This document shows, one piece after another, positions 27,486 through 35,505 of a DNA stretch of 40,413 bases. The position numbers and the translations under genes were made by a program. The notes beneath the pieces are model-generated. The model made no database searches. It saw only the letters and a program-made list of their open reading frames with translations, and was not told the origin of the DNA. Position 1 is the first letter of the stretch. Every line of letters starts with the position of its first letter. The DNA lies in IMG/VR virus record IMGVR_UViG_3300031520_000010, positions 1-40,413 of that record. The stretch is one strand, 5' to 3'. The DNA is from a virus. Taxonomy: Duplodnaviria > Caudoviricetes.

Positions 27486-27918
27486 CGCCGCCGCCCTTCG
27501 TGGCCAATGAGTTCTCCGCGGCCGGCGTCAGACCGAACTCCCGGGCCCACGACCGCAGCTGCTGGCCCGCCGCACGACGGATCGCCACCGCCGGATGCGG
27601 GATCTCCCCCTGCGCGACCACGATCGTCAACGACCCGTGGGCCGTCAGCGCCTTGGACGCCTGCACGAACTCCGACCACGTCTCGCAGTACGTCGCGAAC
27701 GCGGCACGGTCCTCCTCCTTGACCAGGTCCAGCCGGGCCAGACCCGGGGACACCCGGCGCCACTCGGCCTTCGCCTCACGGGACAACCACGTCGGCGGAG
27801 TCGGCGGCACCCGCTTGAACGCCGGCGGCGCCTTGACCGGCCGGCCGCCGCTGTCGACACCCGCGTGGCGGCCCTTGAGGAGCCGCAGGGCGGCCGGGGC
27901 CGCCGAGGGACCAGGCAT
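27454..27918 (-). CDS. terS: Terminase small subunit, P27 family
   Basis: PP.WLS.EAK.EW.RV, D.AAF..YC, HPAV, EFGLTPAA. Confidence 0.92.
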   Translation of the reverse strand: MPGPSAAPAALRLLKGRHAGVDSGGRPVKAPPAFKRVPPTPPTWLSREAKAEWRRVSPGLARLDLVKEEDRAAFATYCETWSEFVQASKALTAHGSLTIVVAQGEIPHPAVAIRRAAGQQLRSWAREFGLTPAAENSLATKGGGDGAEENPFAG

Positions 27919-27977
27919 GAGCCCTCCTCACTCAACTTGAGACGTCGAAAGCGCGGCCACCGGCGCGATGTCCACGG

Positions 27978-28331
27978 TCACTCTGCGTAGCGATCCTGAC
28001 CCCCCCTGGGGGGCTGGCCCTTCTGCAGGTGGTGCTGGTGGCACTGGGACATCCACCACCGGGTGTCCCACATCAGCGCGTCGGTGCTGCGGCCCTTGAC
28101 GTGGTGCACCTCGGTGGCGAGGCGTCCGCACCCCTGGTCTGCGCAGAGCGGGTGCTCGCTGAGCCACTCGGCTCTGGCCTTGCGCCATGCCCGCGTGCTG
28201 CCGCCCGTCCACGCGCTGCTCGCCTGCTTGACCCACACGGGGCGGTGGGTGGCGCAGTGGCCGCGCCCATCGGGGGTGGCGCGTGCGTGGCAGCCCGTGG
28301 TGGTGCACCGGGAAAGTGGGGCGGTGGGCAT
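27978..28331 (-). CDS. HNH endonuclease (packaging-associated, HK97 gp74-like)
   Basis: MP.AP..RC...GC...C..H; WRKARA.WL.EHPLC...C...ATEVHH...C..HH..K; directly upstream of terS. Confidence 0.8.
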   Translation of the reverse strand: MPTAPLSRCTTTGCHARATPDGRGHCATHRPVWVKQASSAWTGGSTRAWRKARAEWLSEHPLCADQGCGRLATEVHHVKGRSTDALMWDTRWWMSQCHQHHLQKGQPPRGGQDRYAE

Positions 28332-28379
28332 CAGCCGACAGCTCCGCCGCGTGGCGTAATCAAAGCACATCGTTGTAGT

Positions 28380-29183
28380 TCACGCACAGGTCGACTCCCT
28401 GTCCCGGCGCGCGTCGGCCCACCGCCTAGCCCGCTCGGCCCGTGGCTGGATGTCGGAGAGCAGATACTCCCACTCGCCGTCATCACCTCGGCGCCGCTGT
28501 GCCACCTCGCCACGTGCGCCCCAGTTGCGCACCTGCGCCTTGGTGACGGGCGTGCCGGCAGCCCGCATGGCGTCGGCCGCAGCCGTGGCACCGGCCCACG
28601 CCAGCCTGTCGAGCTGGTCCTGCTTGGCCTGGCGCAACGCCGCCTCGTCGTACCCGGTGCCGCAGCCGACGCAGTGGGTGGACCACTCGTGCCGGCCGTT
28701 GGCCTCACGCAACCGTCGCATGATCCGTCCGTCGCACTTCGGGCACGGCACCCGCTCGATGACGTCGCGCAGCAGCGGTGATCCGGGTGCGCGTTGCAGC
28801 CCGTGCCGCAGCCCACCGAGCTCGTTGGCCAGCTCGTCCACCCACGGCTGGGCAGCGATCCACGTGACCCGCTGGCGCAGCCACCGGCACAGCTGCGTCA
28901 CCGCGGTCCCGTCCGGCCCGACGTCCAGGCCGGCGTCGTCCGCCGCCTCGGCGTCCCGTTCCTCCCAGACCAGGCGCACCCACGACGTGAGCACGACGGG
29001 CACGTCGGCGCACACGTCGATCAGGTCCAAGCTCACCGGTTCGCGGCTGCCCGGCCGGTTCGGGTTCCGGGCTTGGGAGCCGACTTCGCGGACAGCGGGT
29101 TGCGCGGACAGGAACACCACGGCCCGCTCGATGTCGTTGAGCAGGTGGAGCAGGTGATTGGCACTGACAACAGGCTCGGTCAC
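28380..29183 (-). CDS. Zn-finger plus C-terminal HTH-like protein, possible late-gene regulator
   Basis: CPKC...CVGC and VRNWGARG; last gene before the HNH/terminase block. Confidence 0.6.
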   Translation of the reverse strand: MTEPVVSANHLLHLLNDIERAVVFLSAQPAVREVGSQARNPNRPGSREPVSLDLIDVCADVPVVLTSWVRLVWEERDAEAADDAGLDVGPDGTAVTQLCRWLRQRVTWIAAQPWVDELANELGGLRHGLQRAPGSPLLRDVIERVPCPKCDGRIMRRLREANGRHEWSTHCVGCGTGYDEAALRQAKQDQLDRLAWAGATAAADAMRAAGTPVTKAQVRNWGARGEVAQRRRGDDGEWEYLLSDIQPRAERARRWADARRDRESTCA

Positions 29184-29524
29184 AGCAGCTCCTCCGGGAT
29201 CGGCTCGGTGTCGGGCACGCCGCAGAGGCGGGCTTCCTCGCGGGCCGCGTTGATCGGGCCCATGACGGCACCTCTCGTAACCCTTTCGACGGACAATGCG
29301 TAGAGCGAGTGGCGGTTGGTGCAGTGGTGCCCGCAGTTGTTCCTGTCGATAAACTCGAGCGCCTTGTGCGCCACGCCCTGGGTGGTGTGCAGCCGGACCG
29401 TGAAGTGGTCACACAGGGAGATCGTCGCGTACCTGCCTATTCCGGCTACCCAGTCGGCCCGGGGCCAGCGACACTCTGCGGCGGCGTGCCAGCTGCGGTG
29501 GCGGTGGGTGCAGACGGCGGTCAC
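29180..29524 (-). CDS. Hypothetical Cys/His-rich protein
   Basis: GTG at 29524; C.H.HRSW..AA.CRWP...WV.G.G.YA...C...C..HC...H. Confidence 0.55.
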   Translation of the reverse strand: MTAVCTHRHRSWHAAAECRWPRADWVAGIGRYATISLCDHFTVRLHTTQGVAHKALEFIDRNNCGHHCTNRHSLYALSVERVTRGAVMGPINAAREEARLCGVPDTEPIPEELL

Positions 29525-29538
29525 AGACGGGGGCTTAT

Positions 29539-29676
29539 GGGCGACGACCGGCGACGGGGGGGATGGGCGAGCACCCCCGTGTTCGTCGCCCATGCCCCCG
29601 AGGGGAGGGGGCGATGGGCGACGCTCACGTTCGCCCACCCCTTGGGCGACGGTTGGGCGACGGTTGGGCGACGGTT
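29539..29676. repeat. Clustered GGGCGA repeats including ttgggcgacgg x3 (29642-29676); candidate replication-origin iterons
   Basis: Seen directly just downstream of the helicase gene. Confidence 0.6.
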
Positions 29677-29687
29677 CGGGCGTGTCG

Positions 29688-31223
29688 TCACGGTGCTCTC
29701 AGCGGGTCCATGCCGTCGGTGTAGACGACCACGTTGTGGTGCTTGAGCCCATTCCCGGGGCCTTCCTTGCGGGCCTCGACATAGCCTGCAGCGACGAGTG
29801 TCGCGAGTGCTTCGCGCTTTCCGTCGGTGTTTCCCTTGACGCATTCCTCGATCTCCTTCTTGAGCGCTCCGGGGTTGCCGAGGACGAACGCGGCGATGCG
29901 TTGCATGAGGAAGGTGGGGACGAACCGGCGAGCACCTTCGACGATGGGCTGCTCGTCGGGTCCGTTGAGGATGGCGACGATGACGCCGGGGGTGGTGGAG
30001 TCCACGACGAGACGGGCGGTCTCCTGGGTGCGGTCTCCGGCGCGTGGGGACCCGCTGTGGGGTCGGACGCCGCCGGGTCGGTCCTTGGCGACGCGGATGC
30101 TGACCTCGCCCTTGAGCCCGCGTCCCAGCTCGGAGATGACCTCGAACAGGTAGCTGCAGCCGCTGATCCCCGCGAGCTTGGCCTGGGAGCCGATGGCGAA
30201 CCGGCCGCGGGTCTCGGCGTTCTTGGTGACGTGGTCGATCTGGATGACGGCGGCGCCGGTCTTGCGGGCGATGGGGTCGGGGACGGCTCGGCGCCAGGCG
30301 GCGATGTCGTCGGTGCTGTCGCTGCTTCCACGGAGGGACTGGTGCCCGACGCTGTCGGTGACCCCGTCGACGACGGCGAGGGTGTAGGTGGCCTTGAGCA
30401 GCTGGACGTAGCCGGCTTCGGCGACGGTGGCGGCCCGGTCGGGTCGGCGGTAGTCCAGGTGCGCAAGTATCTGCGCGGGCTCGACGCCGAGCTCAAGCAT
30501 CCGGCCGGTGACGAGCCGTTCGTCGGTCTCGTAGTCCAGGTAGAGGACGTCCTGGTTGTCGATGAGGCAGCGGGCGGCCATGATCTGCGCGGCGAAGCTC
30601 TTGCCGCTCTCGGGTTCGCCGTGGAAGTCGTGGACACGACCGGGGTAGAGCAGGGCGTGGCCGTCGACCCGTTCCATGAGAGTGGGGAGCTCCGGTTCGA
30701 CGTCGCCGGCCAGGACCGCGGTGAGGTCGATGCGGTCCCAGCCGTTGACCTCGGTGGACAGCTCGCGGCCGGCTGGTCGGGCGAGCTCCTGCACCCGGTC
30801 CAACACGGCGGGCAGCCGCTCCGGGTCGGTGGTGGCGATCTGCACGGCCCGGGTGAGCTGGCTGAGCAGGTCCCGGTGCCGTCCTCGCTGGCGGATCTGC
30901 GTGGCCCACTGGAGGGCCTGTTCGTGGGTGACGGGGAGGTGGTCGATGCTGGCGCAGCCGAGCAGCCAGAGCGGGTCCACGGTGGGTCTGGCGCCGCGTA
31001 GGGCGGTGGCGACGCCGAGGGTGTCGCAGGTGCCGGTGCGGACCCAGGTGTCGGCGGCGACTGTCCAGGCGTGGGCGGCGGCGGGGTTGGTGAAGCCGCT
31101 GGGGTCGCCGAGGGTGTCGATGAGGGCGTCGGCGCGGTCGGGGTCGGTGGTGGTGAGCAGCGCCCCGAGGGCGCCGCGTTCGAGCTGGTCGCGGATCACG
31201 TTGTCGGCGCTCTGGTCGGTCAC
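29688..31223 (-). CDS. Replicative helicase-like protein (DnaB-like N-terminus plus RecA/AAA_25 ATPase)
   Basis: Walker A GEPESGKS, YLDYE, Walker B AVVDG, IDHVTK, GSQAK, KDRPG; GTG at 31223 with GGGAG SD (in-frame coupled GTG at 31292 is an alternative start). Confidence 0.8.
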   Translation of the reverse strand: MTDQSADNVIRDQLERGALGALLTTTDPDRADALIDTLGDPSGFTNPAAAHAWTVAADTWVRTGTCDTLGVATALRGARPTVDPLWLLGCASIDHLPVTHEQALQWATQIRQRGRHRDLLSQLTRAVQIATTDPERLPAVLDRVQELARPAGRELSTEVNGWDRIDLTAVLAGDVEPELPTLMERVDGHALLYPGRVHDFHGEPESGKSFAAQIMAARCLIDNQDVLYLDYETDERLVTGRMLELGVEPAQILAHLDYRRPDRAATVAEAGYVQLLKATYTLAVVDGVTDSVGHQSLRGSSDSTDDIAAWRRAVPDPIARKTGAAVIQIDHVTKNAETRGRFAIGSQAKLAGISGCSYLFEVISELGRGLKGEVSIRVAKDRPGGVRPHSGSPRAGDRTQETARLVVDSTTPGVIVAILNGPDEQPIVEGARRFVPTFLMQRIAAFVLGNPGALKKEIEECVKGNTDGKREALATLVAAGYVEARKEGPGNGLKHHNVVVYTDGMDPLRAP

Positions 31224-31288
31224 GTCTGGCTCCCACCGGCTGGGGACAGGTCTGAGCCGGTGGGCTGGTGCGTCGTCGTGGTCGGCGC

Positions 31289-31450
31289 TCACTCGGGTGG
31301 CCGGTTCTGGGCCGCGAGGACGTGGCCGACGATGACCAGCGCCTGCTGCTCGGAGAAGCCCTCGGCCATCAGGGCAACGAAGATCTGCCGTAGCGCACTG
31401 GCGGCCTGTCGGATGTCGGAGCTGGGTTCGGTCGGTCCATTGCCGCTCAC
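31289..31450 (-). CDS. Small hypothetical protein (53 aa)
   Basis: GTGA-coupled; A..LRQ.FVAL..EGF.E.QAL pattern. Confidence 0.6.
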   Translation of the reverse strand: MSGNGPTEPSSDIRQAASALRQIFVALMAEGFSEQQALVIVGHVLAAQNRPPE

Positions 31451-31725
31451 GCCGCCTCCCCCTTCTCCCGCGCGGCTCGGACGCATCTGCTGCACCTGCC
31501 GCCGAACGGCCCGGGCATCGGACAGGCCCCGTCGTGTGCGCTGCACCCGGTGCACCCGCAGGGCTTCCTGCGCGTGGGGGCCTTGGTGCGGGCTCTGCGT
31601 GCGATCTCGGCGATCGCACGGGCCTGGGTGGGGGCGACACACACGTCGCGGCCGTTCGGGCCCACGACCACCCACTGATGGCCGACCAGGGTGGTGTCGC
31701 GGCGGACGGACCAGCGGGCGGTCAT
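31447..31725 (-). CDS. Hypothetical Cys-rich protein
   Basis: ATGA-coupled, 92 aa. Confidence 0.55.
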   Translation of the reverse strand: MTARWSVRRDTTLVGHQWVVVGPNGRDVCVAPTQARAIAEIARRARTKAPTRRKPCGCTGCSAHDGACPMPGPFGGRCSRCVRAAREKGEAA

Positions 31726-31991
31726 GCGTTGCCCACTCGGGTGGCCTCGGCGATGACGGCGTTGATGTTGAAGTCGCCTCCGAGGAACAGCAGGGTGGTT
31801 GGCGAGTTCCTGCTCAGGTTTCGATTCCGCCCGCCCAGCCAGAGTGCGACGCCCTCGGCGGTGTAGGTCTGGCGCAGGTCGAGGATCAGTTGCCGCCGCT
31901 GCGGGTCAGTCAGTCGCTCAGCCAGGAGGTCGGCCGTGGTCGCGGGCAGGGTGCGGATGACCGCGACGACCGGGTCGTCCTTGGCGCTCAT
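31722..31991 (-). CDS. Protein with Xre/MbcA/ParS antitoxin C-terminal (DUF2384)-like domain
   Basis: ATG at 31991; YTAEGVALWLGGRNRNLSRNSPTTLL..G....VIAEA fits W....N..L....P..LL. Confidence 0.5.
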   Translation of the reverse strand: MSAKDDPVVAVIRTLPATTADLLAERLTDPQRRQLILDLRQTYTAEGVALWLGGRNRNLSRNSPTTLLFLGGDFNINAVIAEATRVGNA

Positions 31992-32251
31992 GCGACGCCA
32001 CCAAAGATGTCGAGCTGGTCCGGCTTGCTCGGAGGTCGCGGCTGCGTCCGATGGGTTGACGGCTCGACAACCGCAACCGGCGTACGGCGCCCACTCGCCA
32101 CAGGGTCCAACGTGACCTCGCACGGACAACGCTCACTGAGCGGAACCCCGACGGTCGACCCGCACCCGCGAACCCAGGACATCTCGTACCGGTTGCTGTG
32201 CACCAGCAACAGGTGCCCGCAGTCGCATCGCGGACCGAGGTCGGTGCTCAT
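31988..32251 (-). CDS. Small Zn-binding hypothetical protein ending in QLDIF
   Basis: ATG at 32251; C.CGH...H...C...C.C. Confidence 0.55.
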   Translation of the reverse strand: MSTDLGPRCDCGHLLLVHSNRYEMSWVRGCGSTVGVPLSERCPCEVTLDPVASGRRTPVAVVEPSTHRTQPRPPSKPDQLDIFGGVA

Positions 32252-32439
32252 GCCGCCCCGTCCGGGTCGATGTCCCGCCAGGTCCGCCAGCCGACAGGCC
32301 CGCGGGCGTCGTGGCAGGGGCCGGCGTGCACGCACTGGACGCGCCCGGTGGGGTTGCGTTCGCTCCGCACCCACTCGGGTCGGAGCTGGTCGGTGGGCAT
32401 GGTCCGGTCGCACACGCAGCAGGTGCCGGTGGTGGTCAT
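32248..32439 (-). CDS. Small Cys-rich hypothetical protein
   Basis: ATGA-coupled at both ends, 63 aa. Confidence 0.55.
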   Translation of the reverse strand: MTTTGTCCVCDRTMPTDQLRPEWVRSERNPTGRVQCVHAGPCHDARGPVGWRTWRDIDPDGAA

Positions 32440-33377
32440 GCGGCCAGCCCCATCACGTCGCGGTTCAGCAGCAGGCGGTAGGCCGCCTCGGCCTGCTGGG
32501 GGACGACGCCGTTGCCGAGCAGGGTGAGCTGCTGTGCGCGGGTCAGTCCGGGCACAGCGGTGACCCAGCCCTCGGGGAGCCCGAGCATCCACTCGACGAA
32601 CGCGGGTGAGAGCTGTGCTCCGCCTCGTCGTCCCAGAGCGGTGGGGTCAGGTGCGTCTCGTCCGAGGACGGCGGTCCAGCGGGCGATGGCGGGGGCGTAG
32701 GGCCCCCATGCCACACGTCCGAGAGTGTCGTTCCTGCGTGGTGCTTCGAGCCCGCCGACCGACCCGCCGTCGAGTTCCGGGAGGCCCGCACGTCCCCGAC
32801 CGTCGGCGTCGGCAACAGCTGGCCGATCTCGTTGAGCGGCAGGCCGTTCGTTCTGTCCCGCGAGTCCCCGGGGGCGTGACGGTCGTGCACTGTCGGCGTC
32901 GGCAGCAGCGATGAAGCAGCGGTTCCGTCCGTGGGGAGCTCCGACGTCGGACGCGCGTAGGCACATCCATTCCGTGTCGTACCCGAGCTGGGCCAGGTCA
33001 CCGACGGCTCGGGCAAGTTCCCCAAAGGCAGCGATGGATGCCACGTTCTCCAGCAGGACGAGTCCGGGTCGTAGGTCGCGAACGGCTCGGGCGATGGCCG
33101 GCCAGATGGCTCGTTCATCGGCGGCCCCCTTCCTCTTGCCTGCGAGTGACCAGGGCTGGCAGGGCCAGCCGGCGGTGAGGACGTCCACGGGTTCGACTCC
33201 TGCCCAGTCGGTGACGGTGAGGTCCCCGTGGTTGGGGGTGTCGGGGTGGTGGTGGGTGAGCAGTGCTCGCGATGCGGGCATGGGGTCCGCAAACCACGCG
33301 AAGGCGCCACCAATCACGGCCTGCGCGGCCATGTCCAGGCCGCCGTAACCACTGCACAGGCTGCCGATGCGGGTCAC
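32436..33377 (-). CDS. DNA (cytosine-5) methyltransferase, orphan
   Basis: GTG at 33377; SLCSGYGG (I), GWPCQ (IV), ENV (VI), HGRNR (VIII), FVEWMLGLP (IX), LGNGVV (X). Confidence 0.9.
   Translation of the reverse strand: MTRIGSLCSGYGGLDMAAQAVIGGAFAWFADPMPASRALLTHHHPDTPNHGDLTVTDWAGVEPVDVLTAGWPCQPWSLAGKRKGAADERAIWPAIARAVRDLRPGLVLLENVASIAAFGELARAVGDLAQLGYDTEWMCLRASDVGAPHGRNRCFIAAADADSARPSRPRGLAGQNERPAAQRDRPAVADADGRGRAGLPELDGGSVGGLEAPRRNDTLGRVAWGPYAPAIARWTAVLGRDAPDPTALGRRGGAQLSPAFVEWMLGLPEGWVTAVPGLTRAQQLTLLGNGVVPQQAEAAYRLLLNRDVMGLAA
32543..33118 (-). CDS. Alternative-frame ORF nested in the methyltransferase (possible second subunit)
   Basis: ATG at 33118 with AGGAAGGGG upstream; WPSSG..RNG..Y and two LLPTPTV repeats. 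Confidence 0.45.
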   Translation of the reverse strand: MNEPSGRPSPEPFATYDPDSSCWRTWHPSLPLGNLPEPSVTWPSSGTTRNGCAYARPTSELPTDGTAASSLLPTPTVHDRHAPGDSRDRTNGLPLNEIGQLLPTPTVGDVRASRNSTAGRSAGSKHHAGTTLSDVWHGGPTPPPSPAGPPSSDETHLTPPLWDDEAEHSSHPRSSSGCSGSPRAGSPLCPD

Positions 33378-33922
33378 AGCCGCCACTCCCACACGGCCCA
33401 GCCGTTGGTGAGGGCCAGCCACAGCAGGTCCCCGGGGGTGACGTCCTGGGGGAGGCGGCCGTCGGTGAACAGGTGCACCCCGGCCTCGAGGAATGCCTGG
33501 TCGACCTCCTGGGAGCAGATGCGCCGGTCCTGTCGGGCGACGATGTCGCGGACGAGCTTGGGTCGGATGCCGTACTGCAGCGCCCCGGCCGCGAGCAGGT
33601 CGACCCAGCTGTAGAGGTAGCGGGGTATGCGGTCGGCGTCGTTGAGGGCGGCTTTCGCGACCCGCCTCCGGACGGCGATCGATTGGGTGGGCCGGATGAT
33701 GAGCACCCGGTCGCCGTTCGGCCTGTCAAGGCTGCGGACCCGGGTGACGACGCCTTGGCTCAACGCTTCGACGGCGTAGAACAGGCCGAGTTCGCCGGTG
33801 TGCCCGGTGACGATCCCGGCGTGGTTGACGGGGCTGCGGGTGATGGCGCGGATGAGTGTGGGCACGATGCCGGTGCCGCGGGTGAGCAGGATGTCCCCGG
33901 GCTGGGGGGTGCGCGCGGTCAT
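33374..33922 (-). CDS. Permuted papain-like amidase (YiiX/YebB, NlpC/P60 superfamily)
   Basis: PGDILL, NHAGI (His first), VEA...GV, ICSQ.V (Cys late), VTPGDL. Confidence 0.75.
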   Translation of the reverse strand: MTARTPQPGDILLTRGTGIVPTLIRAITRSPVNHAGIVTGHTGELGLFYAVEALSQGVVTRVRSLDRPNGDRVLIIRPTQSIAVRRRVAKAALNDADRIPRYLYSWVDLLAAGALQYGIRPKLVRDIVARQDRRICSQEVDQAFLEAGVHLFTDGRLPQDVTPGDLLWLALTNGWAVWEWRL

Positions 33923-34263
33923 GCCATCTCCCCGGCCTTGGCTGCCCGCCGCCGTCGGCTCATCCGTCGTCCGGGGGTCTCCCCGCCGATGACCCCGACC
34001 ACGTAGTAGGGGTGGGTGCGCATCTTCTCGACGCGGTCCCCGTAGTCCCGGCAGCGCTGGAGGACCGGGCAGTCGGCGCAGACGGCGAGCCCGGCGGCCT
34101 CGTCCTGGGTGGGTGTGTCGGCGGCGTGGCTGGCGGCCAGGTCGCTGAAGAACAGCTCCGGGTCGGCGCTACGGCAGGCGGCGTCGGCCATCCAGGACTC
34201 GCCGGTCGGCACGCTGAGTCCGTGGGTGGACCGGTCCGGGCCGACGAGACGGGTGCGGGTCAT
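33919..34263 (-). CDS. whiB: WhiB family transcription factor
   Basis: W...AAC...DPELFF...C..CPV...C...GVIGG with basic tail. Confidence 0.92.
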   Translation of the reverse strand: MTRTRLVGPDRSTHGLSVPTGESWMADAACRSADPELFFSDLAASHAADTPTQDEAAGLAVCADCPVLQRCRDYGDRVEKMRTHPYYVVGVIGGETPGRRMSRRRRAAKAGEMA

Positions 34264-34613
34264 GCGTCTCCGCTCCAGCCGGCCTCACGGAGAAGTCCAG
34301 CTGCGGACGACAGCCGCTGCACGGCCCACCAGTCCCCGACCCGGGTCACACCGATGCCTTTGGGCTTGACGACGAGCAGGCCGACAGCGGCGGCGCTGTT
34401 GGCCACCTCGGCGTCCAGCTCGCGGAGCCACTCCGGGATGGCGAGTCGTGCATGGGCTTTCACCTCAACGCACAGGCCGGGGATGCCCGTCAGGTCACCC
34501 TTGTCCGCGATCCCGGCGAGAGCTCTGCGCTCGGCGTAGGGGAAGCCGTTGTCCCGCAACCAGGTGGCGACCGCGGTCTCGGCAGCCGTCCCTTTGGCTT
34601 TGGCCGCGCTCAC
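34260..34613 (-). CDS. Holliday junction resolvase (PD-(D/E)XK type)
   Basis: KAKGT.AE..V, AERRAL.G..DKGD, VEVK. Confidence 0.8.
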   Translation of the reverse strand: MSAAKAKGTAAETAVATWLRDNGFPYAERRALAGIADKGDLTGIPGLCVEVKAHARLAIPEWLRELDAEVANSAAAVGLLVVKPKGIGVTRVGDWWAVQRLSSAAGLLREAGWSGDA

Positions 34614-34696
34614 AGAAGGAAGCTCACGATCGACAGGGCGATGGAGACCAGCGACATCACGATCGCGGCGATCGCCAACCGCTCATTGGCGCTCAC
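34610..34696 (-). CDS. Tiny membrane peptide (28 aa)
   Basis: GTGA-coupled at both ends; LAIAAIVMSLVSIALSIVSFLL. Confidence 0.5.
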   Translation of the reverse strand: MSANERLAIAAIVMSLVSIALSIVSFLL

Positions 34697-35505
34697 TGCT
34701 CGCCGCCGAGCCCGAGCCGGGCCCGCGCCTCGGGTGGGAGGATGACGTCGCAGCCGCGCATTTCCTCGTCGATCTCCCAGCCCGCGGTCGTCGTGATGCA
34801 GACCCATCGACCGTTCGCTAGGCGGCGGTACAGGTCGTCCTTCCGTTGCCTGATCTGGCCCCTCACCATCGGCGGGTCAACCGGCTCGGGCGGGTCCAAC
34901 TCGTCGGCGCGGGCCAGGAAGCGGTCGCATTCGTCCATGCGCCAGACATGACCGTCAAGGCCGGTTCGCCCAGCGCCTTCTGCCCGTAGCACGGCCGCCC
35001 CGACCTTCGGGTCCTTCGCCAGCTCGGCCGGGTCGGTGGGAGCGGTGCTCTGGCGTGCGGTGGCAATGATCGGCGCGACGTACCGCTCTACAGCGACGCC
35101 GATGGCAGGGATGCTGGGTCTGCCCAAACCAAGGGCGTCGACCCATGCGTTGCGGATCACCAACTGCAGCGTGGTCAGGTCCAGCACCGGCTCGACGGCG
35201 ACGGGCGGGGCTGTCTCCTGCTGCGCCGCGGAGGTGACCGGGGTCCAGTCGGCGACGTCCTCGTGGGTGCGGGCGATCCCGTCGCTGCACCGCCAACCCG
35301 GGACGGTCCCGCGCGTGCCGAGCCCAACCGCGACCGTGCCGTCGCTGGCCCGGAGCATCCCAGGCAGATCCGGGTCGGGCCAGGCGAGCCCGGCGGTGGC
35401 GATCCGGACGACGCGCAGCCAGGCGTCGTTGAAGCCCACCCCGCATGCCCAGGCCTGGCGGGCGGCGTCGGCGCGCTTGTCGAGGTCGGGCAGGTCGGCG
35501 GTCAT
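34693..35505 (-). CDS. Hypothetical protein
   Basis: ATG at 35505 overlapping the upstream stop; 270 aa. Confidence 0.6.
   Translation of the reverse strand: MTADLPDLDKRADAARQAWACGVGFNDAWLRVVRIATAGLAWPDPDLPGMLRASDGTVAVGLGTRGTVPGWRCSDGIARTHEDVADWTPVTSAAQQETAPPVAVEPVLDLTTLQLVIRNAWVDALGLGRPSIPAIGVAVERYVAPIIATARQSTAPTDPAELAKDPKVGAAVLRAEGAGRTGLDGHVWRMDECDRFLARADELDPPEPVDPPMVRGQIRQRKDDLYRRLANGRWVCITTTAGWEIDEEMRGCDVILPPEARARLGLGGEQ

Noticed and set aside
29521-29691. 56-aa GTGA-coupled ORF after the helicase
   Set aside because: The translation mirrors the repeat cluster; left uncalled, though translation cannot be excluded
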